A stretch of DNA of 64,000 bases from Candidatus Hydrogenedentota bacterium. GTDB taxonomy: Bacteria; Hydrogenedentota; Hydrogenedentia; Hydrogenedentales; SLHB01. The stretch is from assembly GCA_963674865.2 (NCBI GenBank), contig CAXXYE010000009.1:832001-896000 (forward strand). The letters run 5' to 3'. The notes under the pieces were generated by a model. The model was not told the DNA's origin and made no database searches. It worked only from the letters and a program-made list of their open reading frames with translations. Numbering within the stretch: position 1 is the first letter of the stretch; each line of letters begins with the position of its first letter. Below are positions 9,405-20,057 of the stretch, one piece after another. A program made the position numbers and the translations under genes.

Positions 9405-10463
9405 CTATTTGCGGATGTCGCTGATCTTGATTTCCTTGCCCGTTCGCGATGACTTGAAGACGGCGCACGCGATCTCGACGGCATGGGAAGCGCTCTCGAT
9501 GGTGATGGCCGGTTCGCGATCATTCCGTATCGCTTTGACGAGATCCTCGACGATCAACATGTGGCCGTCGGCTGAAACCGCCATCGGATCCTTGCTGGCC
9601 ACGTCGGCCTTTTTCCCTTCGCCGAAGAGTTCCATCATGCGTTGCCGCTGCTTCGGAGCGTCCATCTCGTAGAATTCGAGGCCTGAGCCCGACTGCATGA
9701 ACGAGCCCTTGGTACCGTACATGTAGAGGCGCTGGCCCTTGTCGGGAATGGCGCACGTCGTGGAAAACAGCGTGCCGAGCGCCCCGTTCTCGAACTTCAG
9801 AATGGCCACCGTCTGATCTTCCGCTTCGATCTTGTGGTTGTAGACGCCATAGAAGCCGCACACGCTTTTGACGGGGCCTGCGAGCCATTGGATGAGGTCG
9901 ACGGTATGGATGCCTTGGTTCATCAGGCTGCCGCCACCGTCCAGCTTCCAGGTACCTTTCCACGAGCCGTGGGGCCCTTCATAGTAACTCTGAGCCCGAA
10001 ACCAAGGCAGATACGCGTGCGCCCCGATCAACTGGCCCATCTTCCCCTTCTGGATCGCCTTGCGGATGAGAATATTACAGTTTCTGAACCGCGACTGGAA
10101 GATGCAGCCGGCCTTGATGCCGGCCTTCTTCACGGCCTCGCGAAGTGGTTTGATGCGCGCCGGCGTGATGTCGACGGGCTTCTCCACGATGATGTGCTTG
10201 CCTGCCTTGGCCGCGGCGATGCCGAAGTTGGCGTGAGTACCGCTCTCGGTGACGACATTGACGCAGTCGATGCTCTTATCCTTGAGCATCTCCTTGTATG
10301 ATGTGTAGCCTTTGCAGTCGTACTCTTTGACGGCCTGCTTGAGCCTTTTCTCGTCGATATCGCAAACGGCGGCCAAGTTGGCGCCCTTAGCGCTTTGAAT
10401 CGCCTTGCAGTGATGGCGCCCCATGCCCAATCCGACAACCGCGAAATTCAGCTCCCGAGCCAT
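9405..10463 (-). CDS. Gfo/Idh/MocA family oxidoreductase
   Basis: FAVVGLGMG, HIIVEKP and GGGSLMNQGIHTVD motifs. Confidence 0.92.
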   Translation of the reverse strand: MARELNFAVVGLGMGRHHCKAIQSAKGANLAAVCDIDEKRLKQAVKEYDCKGYTSYKEMLKDKSIDCVNVVTESGTHANFGIAAAKAGKHIIVEKPVDITPARIKPLREAVKKAGIKAGCIFQSRFRNCNILIRKAIQKGKMGQLIGAHAYLPWFRAQSYYEGPHGSWKGTWKLDGGGSLMNQGIHTVDLIQWLAGPVKSVCGFYGVYNHKIEAEDQTVAILKFENGALGTLFSTTCAIPDKGQRLYMYGTKGSFMQSGSGLEFYEMDAPKQRQRMMELFGEGKKADVASKDPMAVSADGHMLIVEDLVKAIRNDREPAITIESASHAVEIACAVFKSSRTGKEIKISDIRK

Positions 10464-10658
10464 GGTAATGCTTCTCCTTCATGTGTAGTTGTGGCAACTG
10501 CGCGCTTCGAGGACAAGAAAAACAGACAGTAACATAGGGAAAAGATGATGGCGGATCAAGTGCGGCGCGCGTATGGAAAACACGTGCGGGACATCAACCG
10601 CAGAGCGTGGGACGTTCTCTGAGGCGCGTTTGGCCGTGCTTGGTGCCGAGGTGGGTGG

Positions 10659-11075
10659 CTATTCGATCGGCGTGCCCGACGCGCATGTGCCTTCGTAGAT
10701 CGAGGCCGATTCGTCGACGCAGAAGGAACGCGTGCCCGTCTTGCCGGGGACGATGGGCGTGGCGACGCACTGATACTCGAATTTTGTCACGGCGGCGGTG
10801 ACGAACTTGTATCCCTGTTTTTCGCCATCGGCCAGTTCCTCCGCGATATAGGGCGGGTCGTCATCGTCGAGTTCCTGCAACTGGCCATACCTACGATAGT
10901 TGTCCCTGAACGCGGTTTGTGCCTGGGAGATGGTGCGCAGGGCCGCGATGGCGTTGGATTCATTCGCGCCAGCGCGCGAGCGAACCAACTGGGGGATGGC
11001 GATGCCCGCTATCACGGCGATGATGGCGACCACGAGCATTAGCTCGATCAGCGTGAAACCTGCCGACGTTTTCAT
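10659..11075 (-). CDS. Type IV pilin-like protein (prepilin N-terminal cleavage/methylation motif)
   Basis: MKTSAG|FTLIELMLVVAIIAVIAGIAIP; ANESNAIAALRTISQAQ helix; AAGGAG RBS. Confidence 0.9.
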   Translation of the reverse strand: MKTSAGFTLIELMLVVAIIAVIAGIAIPQLVRSRAGANESNAIAALRTISQAQTAFRDNYRRYGQLQELDDDDPPYIAEELADGEKQGYKFVTAAVTKFEYQCVATPIVPGKTGTRSFCVDESASIYEGTCASGTPIE

Positions 11076-11158
11076 GACATGTCTCCTTAAGGCGCTGGCC
11101 GCCTTACTGAGGCCTCACCTGCCTTCTGTCCATAACCAATAACTCCCCATGAAAAGAG

Positions 11159-11174
11159 AGCAAGTTCTGCGCCA
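11159..11174 (-). promoter_or_regulatory. Sigma54 (-24/-12) promoter of the pilin gene
   Basis: Minus strand TGGCGC-AGAAC-TTGCT, GG-N10-GC spacing, one mismatch to TGGCAC-N5-TTGCW. Confidence 0.75.
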
Positions 11175-11281
11175 TAGTGCCCAAGTGGTGGTTAAATCAT
11201 TTTTGGCGAAGGGTTTACATAGTTATTGCGCTTGGGTGATCTTGGGAGTGTTTGGGCGGCATTCCCCAATTCGTGTCGGAA

Positions 11282-11300
11282 TGTGACGAATTTTGTCACA
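11282..11300. promoter_or_regulatory. Palindrome, candidate enhancer (UAS) for a sigma54 activator
   Basis: TGTGAC-GAATTTT-GTCACA, about 140 nt upstream of the predicted pilin TSS. Confidence 0.55.
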
Positions 11301-11318
11301 AGCGTGGCGATCCGCGCA

Positions 11319-11363
11319 CTTCTCCTCCTGCCGTCCGTTAGGCAGAGACGGCAGGAGGAGAAG
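11319..11363 (-). terminator. Long hairpin downstream of glmS
   Basis: CTTCTCCTCCTGCCGTC-N11-GACGGCAGGAGGAGAAG, perfect 17-bp stem 14 nt after the glmS stop. Confidence 0.7.
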
Positions 11364-11377
11364 ATAACTGTCGGTGC

Positions 11378-13213
<1,836 letters not shown>

Positions 13214-13275
13214 AGCATCAGACTCCTTCTATCTACAGCGGCGGACATGAACGCCGCTGCGGTGCGCGGCATTCC

Positions 13276-13782
13276 CTAGCCGCCAAGTATGAACGAGAAA
13301 ACTTCCTTGATACCGAGCGTGACGATGGCCACCACCACGCCGGCGATGCAAACGCCTGCCAAGCAGGCAAAGAAAGTCTTGTGGGCCTTCAGGCCGAAGA
13401 TGTGTCCGGCCAGGCTCCCGGTCCAAGCGCCTGTCACAGGGAGGGGCACCGCGACAAACAGGATCAGGCCCAGGGCCTTATAGCGCTGTATCTTTTCTCC
13501 CTTGCGCCGGGTGCGGGCGAAGAGCCAGGAGACGAAACGCTCTCCCAGTTTCCAACGCCGCAGGAAGTCCGTTGCAGGTTCGAGAAACCAAATGATGAAG
13601 GGAATGGGCATCATGTTGCCGATAACCGACAGCATATACGCTTTCCACAGGGGCAGGCCGCCCAAGGTCAGTGCATAGGGCAACGCACCACGGAGTTCCA
13701 CGATGGGCAGCGCCGCCACAACGAGTGTCGTGAGAGGGGGCGGCAGGTACTGCGCCACGGCATCGATCGTTTCCTGTCTCAC
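13276..13782 (-). CDS. COG2426 small multi-drug export-like membrane protein
   Basis: LPIVELRGALP and FVAVPLPVTGAWTG motifs; GTG start overlaps the surE stop (GTGA). Confidence 0.85.
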   Translation of the reverse strand: MRQETIDAVAQYLPPPLTTLVVAALPIVELRGALPYALTLGGLPLWKAYMLSVIGNMMPIPFIIWFLEPATDFLRRWKLGERFVSWLFARTRRKGEKIQRYKALGLILFVAVPLPVTGAWTGSLAGHIFGLKAHKTFFACLAGVCIAGVVVAIVTLGIKEVFSFILGG

Positions 13783-14534
13783 AGGGGCATCCCCCACATT
13801 TCGAGCGGGCGTATTGCCTCGTGATTCGTCAAATCGCGATGAAGGGGGGTGATGCTGACAAAGCCGCCTTCGATCGCCTCGAAATCGGTGCCGGGAGCCG
13901 GCACATGGCTTGGCTCAGCCCCGCCAATCCAGTAATACGTCCCTCCCCGGGGATCCTCTCGGGTGATGATTTCGTCCTTGTAATCACGCCGGCCCATTCG
14001 AGTGACCTTAACGCCTTGGAGCGCCTGGTAGGGCACGTCGGGCACATTGACATTCAGGACAGTGTTTTCCGGCAGGACTTGTTCCAGGAGTCTGCGGGCC
14101 AGGTTAGCAGCGAAGCGGGCCGCTGTCTCAAGGTGCTTTGGCTGGTAGCTGACGTCCGAAACCGCAAATGACGGGAGGCCCAGCATCATGCCCTCGTACG
14201 CGCCGGCCACGGTGCCGGAGTAAGTCACATCATCGCCGAGATTGGCTCCCGGATTGATGCCGGACACGACGAGGTCGGGCCGGCGTCCGAGGAGGTCGCG
14301 GACGGCCAGCATCACGCAATCCGTCGGGGTGCCGTCCACCATATGCCATCCGGGTCTTAGCCGGGTGGCGCGCAAAGGGCGGTGGAGGGACACGCCGTGG
14401 CCGACGGCGCTCTGCTGACGATCCGGCGCGTAGACCTCGATGTCGCCGACCCCGGCCAACGCTTCGACCAAGATGGCCAGTTCGGGGGCCTGGATACCGT
14501 CGTCGTTTGTGACGAGTATGAGCGGATTGGCCAT
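13779..14534 (-). CDS. surE: 5'/3'-nucleotidase SurE
   Basis: ILVTNDDG, GTPTDCV, SGINPGANLG and YSGTVAGA motifs. Confidence 0.97.
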   Translation of the reverse strand: MANPLILVTNDDGIQAPELAILVEALAGVGDIEVYAPDRQQSAVGHGVSLHRPLRATRLRPGWHMVDGTPTDCVMLAVRDLLGRRPDLVVSGINPGANLGDDVTYSGTVAGAYEGMMLGLPSFAVSDVSYQPKHLETAARFAANLARRLLEQVLPENTVLNVNVPDVPYQALQGVKVTRMGRRDYKDEIITREDPRGGTYYWIGGAEPSHVPAPGTDFEAIEGGFVSITPLHRDLTNHEAIRPLEMWGMPL

Positions 14535-14792
14535 AGTCCACCAGCTACGTTGAAGACAGTTATGAGAAAGTACGGGATGACGCTCGAAGGGCTCTGAGAT
14601 CGGAACCGATGAGTTCAGGCACCACAGGACACCCGGCCTGCGGCTTATAGCACATTGGGGGGGACGATGTCGAATCGACTAGGTGGGCGGAGTGCCCATC
14701 ATGGCGTGTCCCAAGTCCTTATAAAGCAGTGTGTTCGGTATGCGCGGGACTTGTCGGGCAAGCCAAGAGTCGTCAGCGGGGGGCGACAAGCA

Positions 14793-15758
14793 CTACTGGC
14801 GTACCACCCGCATGGAGCGGCGCCGGAACAATTCGTCCGCGCAGATACCGAGGAGAATCGCCCCGCCGATCACGACGTACTCGAGTTCGCTCGGAATGGA
14901 CAGGATGTTGACGAGGTTGCGAAGCACTTGGATCAAGGATGCGCCTACCAGTACGCCTGCCACGTTGCCCTCGCCCCCGCGCAGGCTGCATCCGCCCAAG
15001 ACAGCCCCCGCAATGGCGTAGAGTTCATAGAATCCCCCATGCACGGCCGGGCCCATGGAATTCACCTTGAAGGCGATGAGGAGTCCCCCGATGGCCGTGA
15101 TGAGGGTGCAGAGCACGTAGGCGAGGATCTTCACACGGTCGGTTCGAATGCCGCTGAACCGCGCGCCCTCCTCGTTGGCGCCGAGCGCGAATAGGTGGCG
15201 TCCCTGCACCGAGAAGTGGAGGTAGGCAGCGATGAGCGCTGCGAAGGCCAGCAGGATCAGGAAGGGGATGGGGATGTTGCCGGCCACAAATCCCTTGCCC
15301 AGCAGACGGAGCCTTGGATACGAGGTGCCGAAACCTTGACTGAAATCAGAGGCGATTAGCCGCGTGATGCCGCGATAGCAGAACAGGCCGCAGAGCGTCA
15401 CGACGAAGGGCTGGATGCGGACTTTGGTGACGAGCCAGCCGTGCCAAAGGCCGATGCCCGCTGCGAGTGCGAGCACGGCGGGTATGACGAGAATGGGTGG
15501 CACGCCCTTTCCCAGCGCCATGGCCGTGACGATCCCGACCAAGGCTACGACACTGCCGACGGATAGGTCGATGCCTCCGGTGATGATGACGATGGCCTGG
15601 CCCAGGCTCAGTATGCCGAAAAGCCCGATCCACGTGAATAGGTTGCGCAGGTTTTCGGCGCTCAGGAAGACGCTGCTGCCCCGGGTGGAGTGCTCCCAGA
15701 CATACGTTCCGACGACCAGGACGACGAGAATTCCGACCAGCCCCAGCGTCTTTCTCAC
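14793..15758 (-). CDS. Sugar ABC transporter permease (RbsC-like)
   Basis: GGIDLSVGS, PFVVTL, A.FSGI and YELYAIAGAVLGGCSL.GG motifs. Confidence 0.92.
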   Translation of the reverse strand: MRKTLGLVGILVVLVVGTYVWEHSTRGSSVFLSAENLRNLFTWIGLFGILSLGQAIVIITGGIDLSVGSVVALVGIVTAMALGKGVPPILVIPAVLALAAGIGLWHGWLVTKVRIQPFVVTLCGLFCYRGITRLIASDFSQGFGTSYPRLRLLGKGFVAGNIPIPFLILLAFAALIAAYLHFSVQGRHLFALGANEEGARFSGIRTDRVKILAYVLCTLITAIGGLLIAFKVNSMGPAVHGGFYELYAIAGAVLGGCSLRGGEGNVAGVLVGASLIQVLRNLVNILSIPSELEYVVIGGAILLGICADELFRRRSMRVVRQ

Positions 15759-16768
15759 GATTTTCCCGTCAGCTCCTTAAGCTGCGCCCAGAAGGCGGCC
15801 GCCTTTTCCTGCGTGACGCTGAGCACATCGATGAAGATCTGCTTATTCGGAGGAACGCGGGACTCGTCGCCCGCGGCCAATTCGCATAGCAGGCGGACGG
15901 ACTGGTAGCCGAAGGCGAAGGGCTGCTGGACGATGGTGCCGACAATGTGGCCGTCCAAGACGCCTTGGAGGGTCTCGTCCTCCTCGTCGAAGCAGACGAT
16001 TTTCACCTGGTCGAGTTTGCCCGAGTCCCGCACCGCGTTAAGAATGGCCGGGCCGTTGTATGCCCAGAGGCCGACGAGGCATCCCACATCCGGGTGTGTG
16101 ATAAGCGTGTCTTGGACGTTGGCCATGGCCTTGGCGCGGTCTGTCTCATCAGTCCATGTGCCGATCACCTCGATGCCGGCGCCTTCCAGACCTTCCTCAA
16201 GTCCGCGTTTGCGATCGCGTGCGTTCTGCGCGTCCATGGAACCTACGAAGAGGGCGATTTTTCCGCCATCCGGCAGGGCGCGCTTGACCAGCTCCGCCGC
16301 GGCCCGGCCGGCCTGGACGTTGTTTGTGCCAATATAGCAGGCCCGATTGCTTTCCGGCGCGTCCGAATCCTGCGTGATAAGGTGGACCTTTGCCGCGACG
16401 TCGTTCAGCAGCTCTGTCTGATTGACGGGGTCCTTGGGACTAATCGCTATGCCGGCCACGCCCATCGCCAGGAGGTCCTGGATAATCTGCTGCTGTTCTT
16501 GGGCCGTGCCATTTGGTGGCATCCGGAAGAGTACCTTGCAGCCAAGTTCCCTCTCCGCCTTCCGGGTGCCGGCTTCGGCGATCTTCCAGAAGTCTGAAGG
16601 GTTGTTCGTGACAAAGGCCACCGTCAATGCCGAACGCGCTGCGTCGGACGCCGTTGCCTCCGGCGTTCCCTCCGCATTCCCAGCCCCTGCCGTCTCGCTT
16701 GGGCCAGGCGCCGGGCCGCAGCCAGCCACAAGGGCCACCAGTGAAGCCAGAAGGAAGATATATTTCAT
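15755..16768 (-). CDS. Sugar ABC transporter substrate-binding lipoprotein (RbsB-like)
   Basis: MKYIFLLASLVALVAGC lipobox; SDFW, DSD, YIGTNN, FD and QQPF motifs; start reassigned to 16768 (GGAGGA). Confidence 0.9.
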   Translation of the reverse strand: MKYIFLLASLVALVAGCGPAPGPSETAGAGNAEGTPEATASDAARSALTVAFVTNNPSDFWKIAEAGTRKAERELGCKVLFRMPPNGTAQEQQQIIQDLLAMGVAGIAISPKDPVNQTELLNDVAAKVHLITQDSDAPESNRACYIGTNNVQAGRAAAELVKRALPDGGKIALFVGSMDAQNARDRKRGLEEGLEGAGIEVIGTWTDETDRAKAMANVQDTLITHPDVGCLVGLWAYNGPAILNAVRDSGKLDQVKIVCFDEEDETLQGVLDGHIVGTIVQQPFAFGYQSVRLLCELAAGDESRVPPNKQIFIDVLSVTQEKAAAFWAQLKELTGKS

Positions 16769-16885
16769 GTCGAGTCCTCCCCACGGAGCCATTTCCCTGC
16801 TTGGACGCAGTGTAATGGATGCCCCGGCACTGATCAATGAGTATTCGGGCGTTCAGAACCGAAGACTTGCCGGCAAGAGGCGGCA

Positions 16886-16914
16886 TTGACGATCGCAGGC
16901 GCTGATACTAGAAT
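16886..16914 (+). promoter_or_regulatory. Sigma70 promoter
   Basis: TTGACG-17-TAGAAT. Confidence 0.65.
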
Positions 16915-16964
16915 GCGTCTTGTAAAGAACACAGAGGTTGCTGCTGGGAGGCTGTAGGACCGTC

Positions 16965-17405
16965 ATGAAAGCTGCCGCGACATCACGGATGTTTGGAGAA
17001 TATAACCAAGGGGCAGGTAGGCCTGGAATGATCTGCGTGATTGCAGGCCTCGCGCTGTTGAGTATCGCGCTGGGTCTGGGCTGGAAGCAGTTCCAAATAT
17101 GGCACGATACAGTCCATACCGTGGCGCAGGTCAAACAGCAAACCAGCCGAACCTGGAACTTGTCGGGGGGCGGTACCGCTGTGATGCGCTACGAGATCGA
17201 GTATGACGGTATCACAAGCAACCTTGTCCTGCCGGTTGCCCTTGAGGTAGGCGACCACATCCCCATCTACTATCGCAAGAAGTATCCCATGGCGTGTTCC
17301 ACCCACCCCAACCGGAGTGGCCTGTGGCCGCCCATCGTCTGTCTGTGTCTGGCCGGTGGCTTGCTCTATTACGGCGCAAAACGGTTCAAGGATGAAACGG
17401 ACTGA
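16965..17405 (+). CDS. Hypothetical membrane protein (two TM helices flanking a beta-rich loop, DUF3592-like)
   Basis: TM-loop-TM pattern with VGDHIPIYY; start codon uncertain. Confidence 0.6.
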   Translation: MKAAATSRMFGEYNQGAGRPGMICVIAGLALLSIALGLGWKQFQIWHDTVHTVAQVKQQTSRTWNLSGGGTAVMRYEIEYDGITSNLVLPVALEVGDHIPIYYRKKYPMACSTHPNRSGLWPPIVCLCLAGGLLYYGAKRFKDETD

Positions 17406-17645
17406 GCTTTCCCCGCTCGCCGTATCGCCCGTCGCTTCGATAAGTCCTCACGCAGCCGGCAGCGGCGAGATGCCCTCTACGCTGGACGGCCATGTTCTCC
17501 ATGCCTCTTTGCAGGCGGGCCAGCGTGTGTCGTCGTCGGTCGGCTGGCATGTCGGTTCGTGTTCGCGGTATGCTCTTGAGTGTTTCCTGGCTGCTCGTTT
17601 GTTGCCTGGAACGTAGCGTCGCCTACACGGCTTGAAGGAGTTCTC

Positions 17646-19115
17646 ATGTCTCGGCAGCGTCCCAATATCCTTGTCCTCATGACCGACCAGCAGCGATACG
17701 ATTCGCTCGGATGCTATGACGTCCCGTTTGCTCATACGCCGAATCTAGATCGACTCGCGTCCGAAGGCGTCGTGTTCGAGCGCTGCTACGCGAACAATCC
17801 GATATGTACCCCCTCACGCGCGAGCATGTTTACCGGCAAACACCTTCCCGAACACGGCGTATATCGCTTGTACGATAACCTGCCCAAGGACGAGGTGCTT
17901 TATACCGAACGGCTCCAGGACCTGGGCTATACGACCGCTCTTTTCGGCAAACTTCACGTTTCCTCGATCCACACCGAAGGATATGAGAGGCACCCTCACG
18001 ATGGCTTTGATGTCTACGAGCCCTGCCTCGAGGGCAGTCTCAACATGGATGCTCCTTACCAGGCTTACGCGCGATGGCTCAAGGATCGCGATCCGGACTT
18101 CTATGAAGAATTGAAACGGGGGCGTCGCCGGCTGCTTCACCCACGGCAAGAAGTGCATATGTCGCACTGGGCGGCGGAGCGCACCATCGACTTCATACGC
18201 AACCGGAACGCTGCCTCAGAGCCCTTCTTCTGCATGATGAGCATCTTCGAGCCCCATAATCCCTATGAACACTATCCGAAAGAGATGGGCGATCTGGTGG
18301 ATGCCGACGCCATTCCTGATCCTGTGGCGGCGGGGCCGTCTGACGCCGGCCTGCCCACGTATGTTGACAGGGAGCGCCACGGCTCCTATTTGGGGGACAT
18401 AGACTCGTTCTCTAATGCCGACCTGCGGAAGATGCGGCATGGCTACCACGCCTCGGTGGCCTACTCCGACCTCGAGTTTGGAAGAGTGCTCGACGTCTTG
18501 AGCGAGGCGGGATTGGCCGAGAACACGCTGGTTCTGTTCATGAGCGACCATGGCGATATGCTGGGCGATCACGGCCTACTGGTGAAAGGAGCGTTCTTTT
18601 TCGATCCTAACGTACGTGTTCCGTTGCTCATGCGATGGCCTGCCCGATTCCGTGGCGGGGTGCGTGTGCCGGCTCTTGTTCAGCCTAACGATATCGCCGC
18701 GACGGTGCTCACGGCGGCGGGCATGCCGGCTGAGGACATCGCGGCGCGGATGCCGGATGCGCGCAATCTGCTCCCGCTTGCGGCGGGTGAGGCAGCCCGC
18801 GTTCATGAAGAAGTGATCTGCTGCTATCGAAACACCGGAATTTCCCAAGGCCACAAGTATTGGGATCCGCCCATCAACGCCACGATGATTCGCGACGAGC
18901 GGTACAAACTGAGTATCTTGCACGCCCCCGGCGAGGCCATCGAGGGGGAGCTATACGATATGGTGAAGGATCCTCTGGAATTGGAGAATCTCTGGCCAAA
19001 ACCGGAAGCGCGGGAGGTGCGGCTTCGATTGACGGAGCGGTTGTTGACGTGGATCGCGCGGCGTGAGCAGCGATGGGGCTCGCGAGGTGGTGAGGCGCTG
19101 CAACCGCCGGTTTGA
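17646..19115 (+). CDS. Sulfatase (formylglycine-dependent)
   Basis: RPNILVLMTDQQR, CTPSRAS, GKLH and SDHGD motifs; GAAGGAG RBS before ATG 17646. Confidence 0.93.
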   Translation: MSRQRPNILVLMTDQQRYDSLGCYDVPFAHTPNLDRLASEGVVFERCYANNPICTPSRASMFTGKHLPEHGVYRLYDNLPKDEVLYTERLQDLGYTTALFGKLHVSSIHTEGYERHPHDGFDVYEPCLEGSLNMDAPYQAYARWLKDRDPDFYEELKRGRRRLLHPRQEVHMSHWAAERTIDFIRNRNAASEPFFCMMSIFEPHNPYEHYPKEMGDLVDADAIPDPVAAGPSDAGLPTYVDRERHGSYLGDIDSFSNADLRKMRHGYHASVAYSDLEFGRVLDVLSEAGLAENTLVLFMSDHGDMLGDHGLLVKGAFFFDPNVRVPLLMRWPARFRGGVRVPALVQPNDIAATVLTAAGMPAEDIAARMPDARNLLPLAAGEAARVHEEVICCYRNTGISQGHKYWDPPINATMIRDERYKLSILHAPGEAIEGELYDMVKDPLELENLWPKPEAREVRLRLTERLLTWIARREQRWGSRGGEALQPPV

Positions 19116-19212
19116 GGCGGCGCCGTGAGCCCGGTGGCCGGGTGTCCTCTTGGCGCTTGTCAGTCCGGCCCAGCCTTCTGTAAACGGGAAACATGAGGGA
19201 TTCCGCGAAGTG

Positions 19213-19983
19213 ATGGAAGCGAAGGCCCGGTCCCTAACCGATGCGTCCGGAAAGCCCCTTGCGTTCAGCGGCCACGCGGCGTTCTCGGCGTTGACGGCAC
19301 TTGCTTTGGCGGGGCTGGCCGTCTTCGTATTCCTCTTCGGCAACTACGGTGAGGAGTTGACCGCCGGCCTCGATGACGCCTGTGCGAAGGTCAACCTGGA
19401 TGCGGCGAAGCGGCTCGAAGCTCTGGGCAATGTCGATCAAGCTGTCATGCAATATCGGAGGGCGTTGTCCGGCCGCTTTCGACACGTTGAGCAGAGGTAT
19501 ATCTGCGGGATTTCTCTCGGCGATCTCTTGATGCGGGAGGGACGGTATGCCGAGGCAATCGAAGTCTACAGCTCGCTGCCCCAGGGCGCCTACGCAAAGG
19601 CTGGGGCCTACACCGGCTACGTGACGGCGTTGGCGCGGAACGGCAACGTCGAGGAGGCGGCGCGGCTCGGGGTCGAATGGCTGGCGAAGGCGAATGCCGA
19701 GAACAACCGGGAACAAATACTCTGGGCCAATGAGGCGCTGGGGCTACTTCGCTATCAGAAGCACGACTTGGACGGGGCGTTGGCGTATTTCGCGGCGGCG
19801 GCCACCGTCAATCCTTCAACGAAGACAAATGTGGATATCGCACGTGTGCTTTACGAGCAAGGGAAGTCCGAAGACGCGTTGTCCCATCTTCAGAACATCT
19901 TGGACGACAAGGAGTTGCAGCCGATCCACGGGCGCGCGGCGGCTCTCCGCAAGCACATTCTCAGCCGAGAGGGGGACGCCTGA
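19213..19983 (+). CDS. Membrane-anchored tetratricopeptide repeat protein
   Basis: N-terminal TM helix followed by several TPR-like helical pairs; start uncertain (19150-19213). Confidence 0.7.
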   Translation: MEAKARSLTDASGKPLAFSGHAAFSALTALALAGLAVFVFLFGNYGEELTAGLDDACAKVNLDAAKRLEALGNVDQAVMQYRRALSGRFRHVEQRYICGISLGDLLMREGRYAEAIEVYSSLPQGAYAKAGAYTGYVTALARNGNVEEAARLGVEWLAKANAENNREQILWANEALGLLRYQKHDLDGALAYFAAAATVNPSTKTNVDIARVLYEQGKSEDALSHLQNILDDKELQPIHGRAAALRKHILSREGDA

Positions 19984-20057
19984 ACCGGTTGGCCTTTCGT
20001 CCTATTGAGCAAGGAGCAAACAGTCCCCGGGCCTCTTTCACGTGTGAAAGAAGTGGG

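Noticed and set aside
13214..13275. Possible glmS ribozyme
   Set aside because: The gap is only 62 nt and holds one simple hairpin (CAGCGGCG-N8-CGCCGCTG), too short and lacking the ribozyme core.
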